Shown piece by piece: positions 1 to 8,828 of a stretch of DNA of 32,000 nucleotides (within the stretch, counting starts at the first letter, position 1; each line of letters begins with the position of its first letter). Made by a program: the position numbers and the translations under genes. This DNA comes from Microcystis aeruginosa NIES-2549 (GTDB lineage: Bacteria; Cyanobacteriota; Cyanobacteriia; Cyanobacteriales; Microcystaceae): positions 930,001 to 962,000 of the forward strand of contig NZ_CP011304.1 of assembly GCF_000981785.2 (NCBI RefSeq), given 5' to 3'. The notes under the pieces were generated by a model that had not been told where the DNA came from, made no database searches, and worked only from the letters and a program-made list of their open reading frames with translations.

Positions 1-491
1 GCTTGGGAGACAATCCAAGCAGGACTGTCAGAAATGCCGATATAAAGCACTTTTCCCATCCTGACCAAATCATCGAAAGCACGCATCACTTCCTCGATAG
101 GAGTGAGAGAGTCCCAAATATGAAGCCAGAGTAAATCGATGTAATCAGTGCCTAAACGCTTTAAACTAGCTTCTACCGCCTGAAAGAGGTTTTTTCGATG
201 ATTTCCGCAGGCATTGACATCGCCGGGGCGGGTGTTGAGAGAATATTTCGTGGCAATTACCCATTTTTCTCGATCGCCCTTGACAAATTCCCCCACTAAT
301 GTTTCACTGGTTCCGTTAGTGTAGAAATTAGCAGTATCGAGAAAATTGCCCCCCGCTTCCGCAAAAGCCTGAAAAACCGCCCGACTTTCCTCTTTATCCG
401 ACCCCCAACCCCAATCTTCCCCGAATGTCATCGTTCCTAGACATAGTTCCGAAACTCGCAGACCACTATTACCTAAAAGTTTGTAACGCAT
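1..491 (-). CDS. aldo/keto reductase family oxidoreductase, N-terminal part (gene runs off the left edge)
   Basis: My translation of the minus strand from the ATG at 491-489 gives MRYKLLGNSGLRVSELCLGTMTFGEDWGWGSDKEESRAVFQAFAEAGGNFLDTANFYTNGTSETLVGEFV...LKRLGTDYIDLLWLHIWD. The frame is open to position 1. LGTMTFG, GGNFxDTA and DYIDLLxLH are typical AKR motifs. Confidence 0.8.
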   Translation of the reverse strand, partial: MRYKLLGNSGLRVSELCLGTMTFGEDWGWGSDKEESRAVFQAFAEAGGNFLDTANFYTNGTSETLVGEFVKGDREKWVIATKYSLNTRPGDVNACGNHRKNLFQAVEASLKRLGTDYIDLLWLHIWDSLTPIEEVMRAFDDLVRMGKVLYIGISDSPAWIVSQ

Positions 492-840
492 AATTAACTA
501 AAATTTTGAATAATGAAGTTAATTATAATTGAATTTGATCGACATTTTTACTACAGCATCCAGTCTTTTTTGTCAAGTACATTTGATACAAGTTTCATAA
601 GCTAACCCCAGTGAAAGCTATGACCTTAAAGGAGGATAAACCACCTCGGTGGGGGGGTCATTCCCCCGTTAACTGGGCGATTCTATTTAGGGTTTGCTGA
701 ATAAATCTAAAAACCTTGTTGGGTAAGACTTTTAGACTTTTTGTCAATCAAAAAGTACCAGGTATGGGAGTGATCAGGGGGAAAATTCCGGGACTTTTTC
801 CCTAAAAATTAGGTAATTGGCCACCTCAAAACCGGTAAAA

Positions 841-867
841 TCCCACACCCCACACCCCACACCCCAC
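841..867. repeat. heptamer tandem repeat (CCCCACA)n, about 4 units (STRR-type)
   Basis: Direct reading: cccaca ccccaca ccccaca ccccaca, then a degenerate ccctgcccccacc. Confidence 0.9.
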
Positions 868-1053
868 ACCCTGCCCCCACCGAAAAACTTTTTCAGCAGA
901 CCCTATTTAGTTGCTTGATTACCTTGGTTCGTCGTGGAGGGTTTCGGACGCTTCCCCAAGCTCGGCGTTTATGGGCCAAGCAAGTTGACACAATGCCTTA
1001 CTTTTATGAAACCATCCTCCTAAATTGCCCTTAAAAAGGGGTATTTAAAGCTG

Positions 1054-1074
1054 AAAAAAGGGGCTTTGCGCCCC
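1054..1074 (-). terminator. putative rho-independent terminator of ndhF
   Basis: The minus strand reads ggggcgcaaagcccc (5-bp GC stem) followed by tttttt, about 30 nt downstream of the ndhF stop. Confidence 0.6.
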
Positions 1075-1103
1075 AAAAAATCTTTAGTCAACGGCTTAAA
1101 AAT

Positions 1104-3155
1104 CTACACCAGACTATAGACAATTACTAAACCCAAAACTGCGGCAAAGACAATTAAAGCGTAGAATTGGGCGCGACCATTTTCGAGGTATTTGAGACCT
1201 TCACCACTGACAAGAGTAGCTAAACCGGTTAAATTCACTGCCCCATCGATAACGCGATAATCCACTTCCATAATTTGCCGTGCGAGACGACGACAACCCT
1301 GGACAAAAACTCGATCATAGAGATTATCAATGTACCATTTGTTCAGGGAAAAACGATACAAAGCGGGGAATTTTTCCGCAATAGTTGCGGGGTCAATTTT
1401 CTTCTGGAGATACATCAAAGAAGCGACAGTAATCCCGATTAAAGCAATCCCCACCGAATTACCCGCCATAATCAGAAACTCTGTCCAATCAAAAGCATGA
1501 ACTTCTTCCACCACTTCGTTAGGAACATGAATAAAACCCTCGAAGAAATTCTGCCAAGGTTTACCCACCAAACCGATTAACAAAGAGGGAACCGCCAAAA
1601 TCATGAGAGGTAAAGTCATAGTAATTGGCGATTCGTGGGGTTCATGGGCATGATGGCCGTGGTTGTCTTCTTCCTGTGCTTCCGAGTCTAATTGCTTAAC
1701 ATTCATCGCCCCCGGTCCAAAAGCTGGAATCGCGCCCGCATTGGCTAACAGTCGGCGTTTAATCTCCTTATTAGTCCCTCTAAACTCCCCTTCAAAGGTG
1801 TTAAAGTACATCCGGAACATATAAAAAGCTGTTAAACCCGCAGTAGCCCAACCGATTAACCATAAAGACGGGTTCGCCTCAAAAGCTAAACCGAGAATTT
1901 CATCCTTAGACCAGAAACCGGCGAAGGGAGGAATCCCACAGATGGCCAGAGTTCCCACCAGGAAAGTCAGGGCAGTAATGGGCATATACTTGCGTAAACC
2001 GCCCATCATCCGCATATCTTGCGCTAAAACCGGCTCATGACCGACCACATCCTCCATACCGTGGATGACCGAACCGGAACCGAGGAACAACATCGCTTTA
2101 AAATAAGCGTGGGTCATCAGGTGGAATAACCCGGCACTATAAGCGCCGATACCCATAGCCATAACCATGTAACCCAATTGGGAGATGGTGGAATAGGCTA
2201 AACCCTTTTTGATATCATTCTGGGTGAGGGCGATACTTGCCCCTAGGAAGGCGGTAAAGGCCCCCGTCCAAGCAATTACCGTCATCGCCGTGGGAATTGG
2301 CTCAAAAACGGGATACATCCGAGCAATCAGGAAAACTCCGGCGGCCACCATCGTGGCGGCGTGAATCAGGGCCGAAATTGGGGTCGGACCTTCCATGGCA
2401 TCCGGTAGCCAGACATGAAGGGGAAACTGGGCTGATTTGGCCACGGGTCCAAGGAAGACTAAAACGGCGAATAATGCCGCTAAACTGCCGGCAATGGCTC
2501 CAGAAGAGACTAATTCCTCTAGACGTTCACCCATGATATCAAACTCGAAGCTACCAGTGGCCCAGAAAAGCCCCAGCATTCCCAGTAATAAGCCAAAATC
2601 GCCGACGCGGTTGGTAACAAAGGCTTTTTGACAGGCCTCGGCAGCCGCCGGACGAGTGAACCAGAAACCTACTAGCAGATAGGAACACATCCCCACCAAT
2701 TCCCAGAAAACGTAGATCTGGACGAGGTTGGGACTGATGACCAAACCGAGCATAGAACTGCTAAAAATGCTCAGATAGGCGTAAAAACGCACATAACCGG
2801 GGTCGTGGGCCATGTAACCATCGGTATAAATCATCACCAAAAAGGCCACGGTGGTGACGATAACCGACATTAAAGCACTGAGGTGATCGATCGTATAACC
2901 CATTTTCAGGTGAAAGTTACCCGCCGATGCCCAATCGATCATTTGGTTGTAGGGAGCGTGTCCATTGATTTGACTCCACAGCAGCGCAAAAGACAGCACC
3001 ATCGACGCGCCGAGGGTAGAAATGATCAATACAGCATTCACCTGTCGCAGACGATTGGTGACTTCATTAAAGGAAATTAAGCCCGCGCCCACTAGGGTAG
3101 CGCCTACCAAAGGCAGGACGGGAACTAGCCACGCGTACTGATAAAGCGGTTCCAT
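1104..3155 (-). CDS. ndhF: NAD(P)H-quinone oxidoreductase (NDH-1) subunit 5, NdhF1-type
   Basis: 683-aa polytopic membrane ORF. The N-terminus MEPLYQYAWLVPVLPLVGA and conserved NuoL/NdhF antiporter-like motifs (WLPDAMEGPTPISALIHAATMV) are present. The length and the His/acid-rich loop fit NdhF1. Confidence 0.95.
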   Translation of the reverse strand: MEPLYQYAWLVPVLPLVGATLVGAGLISFNEVTNRLRQVNAVLIISTLGASMVLSFALLWSQINGHAPYNQMIDWASAGNFHLKMGYTIDHLSALMSVIVTTVAFLVMIYTDGYMAHDPGYVRFYAYLSIFSSSMLGLVISPNLVQIYVFWELVGMCSYLLVGFWFTRPAAAEACQKAFVTNRVGDFGLLLGMLGLFWATGSFEFDIMGERLEELVSSGAIAGSLAALFAVLVFLGPVAKSAQFPLHVWLPDAMEGPTPISALIHAATMVAAGVFLIARMYPVFEPIPTAMTVIAWTGAFTAFLGASIALTQNDIKKGLAYSTISQLGYMVMAMGIGAYSAGLFHLMTHAYFKAMLFLGSGSVIHGMEDVVGHEPVLAQDMRMMGGLRKYMPITALTFLVGTLAICGIPPFAGFWSKDEILGLAFEANPSLWLIGWATAGLTAFYMFRMYFNTFEGEFRGTNKEIKRRLLANAGAIPAFGPGAMNVKQLDSEAQEEDNHGHHAHEPHESPITMTLPLMILAVPSLLIGLVGKPWQNFFEGFIHVPNEVVEEVHAFDWTEFLIMAGNSVGIALIGITVASLMYLQKKIDPATIAEKFPALYRFSLNKWYIDNLYDRVFVQGCRRLARQIMEVDYRVIDGAVNLTGLATLVSGEGLKYLENGRAQFYALIVFAAVLGLVIVYSLV

Positions 3156-3525
3156 TCAGTAATACCTAGTTTACAACTTCACACTATTTGGTTTATCTTC
3201 ATCTATTGTGACATAGGTTAATTCTTAAGAAAGTGTTTATACCTAGTTTTGCTCAATAGGGCGGCGAAAGGTCAAAGGATCTTATCAATTTGGCAGTTTA
3301 GCGAGCGGGACGGTAATTTTTAGGGAGAAGCGGGAAAATTATCGAATAACCACGAAAGCAAGAGAAAGACCAAATACGGGTTTCCCCTAGCTAATACGAC
3401 AATTTATTTAGTACAATTTAACTATACCGATCAAAATTAGTCCAAAAGGGAAATTATTCTTTGTATAGTGCCTGTCACAGTTAAAATCATTGAGTATGAT
3501 GGGGAGTTTAACTTAACGAGGTATC

Positions 3526-4512
3526 ATGTCCACCGCTCGCCATATCCTAGCACTTCTAAAAAGTCATGTAGAAGGCGAAGAGCAGCAATTTTATTCTGCT
3601 GCCCTACAGATGGCTGCACACGAAGCAAGACAAGGACATGGTAAGTTAGCCCAAGAAATTCGCGAATTAATTGACCAAGCAAAGGCTAGTAAATCGGTTA
3701 TTGAAAAAAAATCTGATCCAATTCCTTTAGTACAACCAAAAGGAGATTTAGCCAATCTGGTTTCGGTCAGATATCCCGATATTCGATTATCGGATATGAT
3801 TTTAACCTCTGACCTTGAATTTAGACTTAAACGAGTATTAACTGAACAAAGACAAGGAAAAAGACTCAGAGAACATAATCTTATGCCTCGTCGGAAACTG
3901 TTGTTAGTAGGTCCACCGGGTTCTGGTAAAACAATGACGGCTGAAGCTTTAGCAGGAGAGCTTAAATTACCTTTGTTTACGACTTTATACGATAGTCTAA
4001 TGGGCAAGTATATGGGAGAAACGGCTAGTCGTTTAAAAGTGATTTTTGAGGCAATGACAATAACAAAAGGGGTCTATTTTTTTGATGAATTTGATGCGAT
4101 TGGGACTCAACGTCATAATTCTAACGACGTGGGAGAAATTCGTCGCATTCTCAATTCTTTTTTGATGTTTTTAGAACAAGAGCAAGGGGATAGTTTGATT
4201 TTAGCAGCGACTAATCATCCTCAGTTACTAGACAAAGCTCTTTTTAGGCGTTTTGATGATGTAATTGAATATCAGCTTCCCGATGCCGCAATTATTCGTG
4301 AATTGATTGAATCTCGTCTTATTTCTTTTGAAATTGACTGGAAAGATTGGTCAAACATTCTTAATCAAGCCAATGGACTCGCTCAAGCTGAAATTGTCAG
4401 AGCGACAGATGACGCAGCCAAGCAAGCTGTTTTGTCAAATAGTCAGAAGGTAAGCGAAGATTCTCTGATTTCAGCTATTATGGAACGTAAGGATCTGAAC
4501 TTCAATGAATAA
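3526..4512 (+). CDS. classical AAA+ ATPase, IetA-like partner of the downstream S8 protease
   Basis: 328 aa. Walker A is GPPGSGKT (aa 129-136). Walker B is VYFFDEFD (D187/E188). Sensor-1 is LILAATNHP and the Arg-finger region is ALFRRFD. GAGG lies 5 nt upstream of the ATG. A 14-nt gap separates it from the next gene on the same strand. Confidence 0.85.
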   Translation: MSTARHILALLKSHVEGEEQQFYSAALQMAAHEARQGHGKLAQEIRELIDQAKASKSVIEKKSDPIPLVQPKGDLANLVSVRYPDIRLSDMILTSDLEFRLKRVLTEQRQGKRLREHNLMPRRKLLLVGPPGSGKTMTAEALAGELKLPLFTTLYDSLMGKYMGETASRLKVIFEAMTITKGVYFFDEFDAIGTQRHNSNDVGEIRRILNSFLMFLEQEQGDSLILAATNHPQLLDKALFRRFDDVIEYQLPDAAIIRELIESRLISFEIDWKDWSNILNQANGLAQAEIVRATDDAAKQAVLSNSQKVSEDSLISAIMERKDLNFNE

Positions 4513-4526
4513 AACCTAATCCCATA

Positions 4527-7019
4527 ATGTCGCAACGTTCTCGCCGTCTTCCTCACTTGTATCTACGGAATAACGATAAATTTCGTAAAAGCGCCGATTA
4601 TACTTCACCGCGCTCAGTTAATGCTCCACCACCACCCGATCGGAACAGAATAGAACACGCTGCAAAATTAGAACTTGCTATTGGTGAAGCGATTACGAAA
4701 GCTCGTCAACAATTAGAATCCCGTTTATCGGCAATTGCCGTCGGACAACCCGGATTCTATTTAGAATTTCAGGTAACAAAAGATCAAGCGAATGCTTTTG
4801 AAAATTTAGGAGATAAACGCAAAAAAATTGAATTAGTTGCTGTTAAGCCTTCTCCTGAACAAGAAAATATAGTTAAGGCTACTGTTTTTGTACCAGAGTC
4901 AGCGACAGAATTTTTTGAGAACAAAGTAGAAGAATATCGTGATGAAGAAACAACAAAAGGAAACCCAAAAAATGCAGCCCTAATAACACGACTAGAAAAC
5001 GTTGAAATTGGTACAGTTCAATCATTATTTACTGATGATCCTGCTTTATTTCCTCAGAATGGACAATCAATATGGTGGGAAGTATGGTTACGTCGTGGAC
5101 AACTTGAAGACTTCCAAACCATTGCTCAAAGACTCGATATTATGACTAAATTTCATATACATTTTCCCGAAAGAACTGTTACTTTAGCTATGGCTAATGT
5201 AGAAAAAATACAGCAAGTTCTTCAAAATTCTGATACGGTTGCAGAATTAAGAATTGCTAAAGATACGCCTTCCTTTTTTCTTGATATGAAATTAATTGAA
5301 AAGGAGGAATGGGTCGAGGATTTATGGAATCGAACTTTACCTCCTAGAGATAATGCTGTTGCTGTCTGTCTTCTTGATTATGGAGTTAATAGACGACATA
5401 AACTGATTGAAAAAGGTCTTGATAGTAGTGATTTATATACTTGTGATCCTAATTGGGGAACTCATGATCCTCATAATACACATGGTACAGAAATGGCGGG
5501 TTTAATTCTTTATGATGATTTATTTAATGCTTTACAAACACAAGGATATATAACGCTTATTCACCGTTTAGAATCAGTTAAAATTCTCCCTCCTGTCGGA
5601 CAAAATGATCCTGAACTTTATGGCGCAATTACAGAGCAAGCAGTCTCTCGTCCAGAAATACAAAATCCCAAGCGAAAACGTATTTTCTGTATGGCTGTAA
5701 CTAGCGAGCAGCCATCACCAAATTATGGAACTCCCTCCTCATGGTCAGCAGCAATAGATCAACTATCTTTTGGTGAAGATAATTTTAAGCGATTAATCAT
5801 TATTTCAGCAGGAAATATCAGAGAAGAAATATCTTTATCTGATTATTTAACCCGCAATGATGTGGCAACAATTGAAAACCCAGCACAAGCTTGGAATGCT
5901 CTTGTTGTGGGAGCTTACACTGAAAAAGTTAATATCAGTCATCCCGACTTTCACGGTTGGCAACCTGTAGCTCCTTGGGGTGATTTATCTCCTAAAAGTT
6001 GTACTTCTGTTTCTTGGGAAAATCAATGGCCAATTCGTCCTGATATTGTTTGTGAAGGGGGAAATTATGCCTCAGATGGGGAAAATTATGCACAAATGAT
6101 TGACGATTTATGCTTATTAACAACTGCTCATAGTCATAACTATAAATTGTTTACTTATATGTGTGATACCAGTTGTGCAACTGCACTCGCTAGTTATATG
6201 GCTGCTCGAATTCTTTCAGAAAATCCCAAATATTGGCCAGAAACAATACGCGCTTTAATCGTTCATTCAGCCGAATGGACTGTTAGGATGATAGCTAATT
6301 TTCCAAAGAAATTGAAGCAGCAAGATAAAAAAAATTTGATTCGTCGCTATGGATATGGTGTTCCTGATTTAGACAGAGCTTTAAAAAGTTCAAATAGTGA
6401 CTTAACAATGGTTATTGAAGATCAATTGACACCTTTTAAAAAAGATGGTAGTGTCATTAAAACAGACAAAATGAATCTTCATAGCTTACCCTGGCCAAAA
6501 GAAAAGTTAGAAGAATTAGGAGAAGCCAAGGTAGAACTGAGAGTAACTTTATCGTATTTTATAGAACCTAATCCAGGGGAGCGAGGTTATAAAAGAAAAC
6601 ACCATTATGCCTCTTATGGACTCAGATTTCAAGTAAAAAAACCTTTAGAGACCGATGACCAATTTCGACATAGAATTAATAAAGCTACCAGAAAAGAAGA
6701 AAAAAATATTTCTGGCAGTAAAGAGGAAGATAACTGGTTTTTGGGTCCTCATTTAAGGAGTCAAGGTTCACTTCATTCTGATATATGGACAGGAACGTCC
6801 GTCGATTTAGCAAGTAGAGGAATGATAGGCGTTTATCCTGTTGGTGGATGGTGGAAAGAACAAACACAAGAGGAACGCCATGATCAACCTGTTCGCTATA
6901 CATTAATTGTAACGATTCGAGTACCAGAAATTGAGTGTGATATTTACACCCCTGTATCTAATTTAATTTTAATCAGTCAAGATACACCCACTAACATACC
7001 AATAGAAACAGAGATTTAA
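4527..7019 (+). CDS. S8 (subtilisin-like) serine peptidase with long N- and C-terminal extensions, IetS-like
   Basis: 830 aa. The candidate catalytic triad is D284 (CLLDYGVN), H319 (HNTHGTEMAGL) and S549 (CDTSCATALASYMA), with oxyanion N430 (ISAGN). About 280 aa N-terminal and about 200 aa C-terminal to the S8 core have no motif I recognise. Confidence 0.85.
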   Translation: MSQRSRRLPHLYLRNNDKFRKSADYTSPRSVNAPPPPDRNRIEHAAKLELAIGEAITKARQQLESRLSAIAVGQPGFYLEFQVTKDQANAFENLGDKRKKIELVAVKPSPEQENIVKATVFVPESATEFFENKVEEYRDEETTKGNPKNAALITRLENVEIGTVQSLFTDDPALFPQNGQSIWWEVWLRRGQLEDFQTIAQRLDIMTKFHIHFPERTVTLAMANVEKIQQVLQNSDTVAELRIAKDTPSFFLDMKLIEKEEWVEDLWNRTLPPRDNAVAVCLLDYGVNRRHKLIEKGLDSSDLYTCDPNWGTHDPHNTHGTEMAGLILYDDLFNALQTQGYITLIHRLESVKILPPVGQNDPELYGAITEQAVSRPEIQNPKRKRIFCMAVTSEQPSPNYGTPSSWSAAIDQLSFGEDNFKRLIIISAGNIREEISLSDYLTRNDVATIENPAQAWNALVVGAYTEKVNISHPDFHGWQPVAPWGDLSPKSCTSVSWENQWPIRPDIVCEGGNYASDGENYAQMIDDLCLLTTAHSHNYKLFTYMCDTSCATALASYMAARILSENPKYWPETIRALIVHSAEWTVRMIANFPKKLKQQDKKNLIRRYGYGVPDLDRALKSSNSDLTMVIEDQLTPFKKDGSVIKTDKMNLHSLPWPKEKLEELGEAKVELRVTLSYFIEPNPGERGYKRKHHYASYGLRFQVKKPLETDDQFRHRINKATRKEEKNISGSKEEDNWFLGPHLRSQGSLHSDIWTGTSVDLASRGMIGVYPVGGWWKEQTQEERHDQPVRYTLIVTIRVPEIECDIYTPVSNLILISQDTPTNIPIETEI

Positions 7020-7116
7020 TCTTTACATCGAACTTCATCCATTAAATATATCTCAGGAATTGAGAAAATTGGTAACGATTCTCTGTCAGTTTCCCTACCA
7101 ACTTTTTCACCTTCCC

Positions 7117-7176
7117 TCCCCAACAACCCAACTTAATCAGCGCGATTTAGACATGGCTAGAGGAAATAGAGGTTTA
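7117..7176. repeat. about 60-bp direct repeat, copy 1 (partner at 7635-7694)
   Basis: tccccaacaacccaacttaatcagcgcgatttagacatggctagaggaaatagaggttta aligns with the second copy with about 5 mismatches. Confidence 0.8.
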
Positions 7177-7319
7177 GAGGAACTAAAGAGTTGGTCAATA
7201 ATGGGTAAAATGTTTGTGTATAGGACATTTTGAAACCCGCGGATTTGCCTCCCGATGGCAAACCATTCCCACTTCCATGGCGCGTTACGTCCCATAAATT
7301 CCCAACTCATTTTTTCCCC

Positions 7320-7529
7320 ATGACTAAACCCTTAGACTCCCTGAAACAGCCCAATCCCTCGGAAAAAACAGCCCCTAGAGATGATTGGTTAGATAGCGAA
7401 CTATCTCGTTTAGAAGATTATGAACCTTACGATTGGGGAGAAATAGATCCCTTAATGTTAGGCAAACCCGTACAATATGTTTCTAGTATTGGCTTAGTTG
7501 TAGAGGGTGGCAAAGATTGGGGTTGCTGA
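7320..7529 (+). CDS. small hypothetical protein (69 aa from the first ATG; the track ORF starts at a TTG at 7230)
   Basis: The ORF is MTKPLDSLKQPNPSEKTAPRDDWLDSELSRLEDYEPYDWGEIDPLMLGKPVQYVSSIGLVVEGGKDWGC. It is acidic and reminiscent of small cyanobacterial antitoxin-like proteins, but I recognise no family with confidence. Confidence 0.4.
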   Translation: MTKPLDSLKQPNPSEKTAPRDDWLDSELSRLEDYEPYDWGEIDPLMLGKPVQYVSSIGLVVEGGKDWGC

Positions 7530-7634
7530 TTTGCAATAGGAATCTTCTTGTGTGGGGTTTTTAAAACCTAGAGCCAAACTAACTTTTGGATAGGATGCAC
7601 AGTTGGCATTCATAGCTTGAGTCAGCAACACCCC

Positions 7635-7694
7635 TCCCCAGCAACCCAAGTTAATCAGTGCGATTAAAACATGGCTAGAGGAAATAGAGGTTTA
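7635..7694. repeat. about 60-bp direct repeat, copy 2 (partner at 7117-7176)
   Basis: tccccagcaacccaagttaatcagtgcgattaaaacatggctagaggaaatagaggttta. Confidence 0.8.
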
Positions 7695-7790
7695 AGCGAT
7701 GGTTAATCTTCTGGATCTTAGTCAGTTATACTAAGTATATCCATAACTTATACTTTTTAATAGCAGAACCGACTGAAGAGCAATATTTAC

Positions 7791-8507
7791 TTATTCAGGT
7801 ATTAGATACCCTAGCTGATCCATCTGCCAACCTAACTGAGTTGGCTGCTGATAAACCTTTTTTAAAGTGTTAATATCCCGGCTAGAAATCGGGGCAATAT
7901 CTCTAGTTTGAGCGAAATACATCACATCCGTCTCCAGGGGACTATGACCCCAAATTCCCAAAGCGTGACCTAATTCGTGCCGCGCTGCCGCTAAGGCCGA
8001 CCGATCGGCTAAATTAGGACTAATCTGGATACTCATCCGATGAGTTAGGCGATTTTCCTTGACAAAAATCTCGTATTGTGTTATGGCAGAACGCACCCGA
8101 GGCAGTTCTAACTTACCCGTTTCGGCATTAAAACGGACTCCCGACGGCGGTAACTCCCGTTTAATGAGGATATCGGCCAATTCTGCCCGATTTACCAACT
8201 CGATCGGCAAATACTGCCCCCATTCAGCGATCGCCTGTTGTACCAAACTCAGCCAAGAACTGCGATCGCTGTGAACATAAATCTTCACGGGAAATTGCGA
8301 CCAAATCAACGCCCCCACGGGACTGATTTCTACAGCATCAAAATAATCCCCGGACTGGTTTTGCTCTTGCCATTGGGCTAAATTAGCGGGTAAAGGATGG
8401 GTTTTTAACTCTGGTAGCGATCGACTGTCGGCGATCAAAGAATAGGAAAACAGCAAAAGACTCGCCAAGGCTGCGAGTCCTAGAAAAGAGAACCGACCTC
8501 TTAGCAT
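7791..8507 (-). CDS. secreted zinc metalloprotease, matrixin/M10-like (HExxHxxGxxH)
   Basis: 238 aa with an N-terminal signal-like segment (FSFLGLAALASLLLFSYSLIA). The zinc-binding motif is HELGHALGIWGH, with a downstream Met (DVMYF) as a possible Met-turn. Confidence 0.8.
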   Translation of the reverse strand: MLRGRFSFLGLAALASLLLFSYSLIADSRSLPELKTHPLPANLAQWQEQNQSGDYFDAVEISPVGALIWSQFPVKIYVHSDRSSWLSLVQQAIAEWGQYLPIELVNRAELADILIKRELPPSGVRFNAETGKLELPRVRSAITQYEIFVKENRLTHRMSIQISPNLADRSALAAARHELGHALGIWGHSPLETDVMYFAQTRDIAPISSRDINTLKKVYQQPTQLGWQMDQLGYLIPE

Positions 8508-8741
8508 TTAGCGATTTAACCAGCCGGCGCTCAGTACAATAGTTAGGGTGATAAATACCGTCCCCAAGGCCCAAGTCACCTGATTTAAAGTTTTTTCCGC
8601 CGTTTTTGCGCTGGTAAAAATCTGTGATTGACCGCCAATACCGCCAATACCATCCCCTTTGGGACTGTGTAATAACACCAAAATCGCCAGAAAGGCCGCC
8701 GCCAGCGCCCAAATAATCTGTACTACCAGCACCACTGTCAT
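8508..8741 (-). CDS. secG: preprotein translocase subunit SecG
   Basis: 77 aa with two TM segments flanking the Gly-rich loop LLHSPKGDGIGGIGG, as in SecG. Confidence 0.85.
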   Translation of the reverse strand: MTVVLVVQIIWALAAAFLAILVLLHSPKGDGIGGIGGQSQIFTSAKTAEKTLNQVTWALGTVFITLTIVLSAGWLNR

Positions 8742-8776
8742 GATTATTACTCTCTATTTTCCATTACAAAGTATAG

Positions 8777-8828
8777 CAGTTATCATCAGTTATCAGTTAT
8801 CAGTTATCAGTTATCAGTTATCAGATGT
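8777..8828. repeat. heptamer tandem repeat (CAGTTAT)n, 5 perfect plus 2 degenerate units
   Basis: Direct reading: perfect units at 8787-8821, with degenerate flanking units. Confidence 0.95.

Noticed and set aside
1650-1700. His-rich acidic loop (EEDNHGHHAHEPHESP) in NdhF as a possible insertion
   Set aside because: Cyanobacterial NdhF1 proteins typically carry a variable hydrophilic loop at this position, so this is not unusual.
2297-3080. Three plus-strand ORFs (2297-2536, 2437-2631, 2883-3080) inside ndhF
   Set aside because: They are antisense to a strongly supported conserved gene. Their products are low-complexity and Arg/Pro-rich, as expected from antisense frames.
3591-4007. 138-aa minus-strand ORF inside the AAA ATPase gene
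   Set aside because: It is antisense to a gene with clear Walker motifs and has no motif or RBS of its own.
6685-6903. 72-aa minus-strand ORF inside the S8 protease gene
   Set aside because: It is antisense to the long ORF in an AT-rich region where chance ORFs are rare but do occur. I see no supporting signal.
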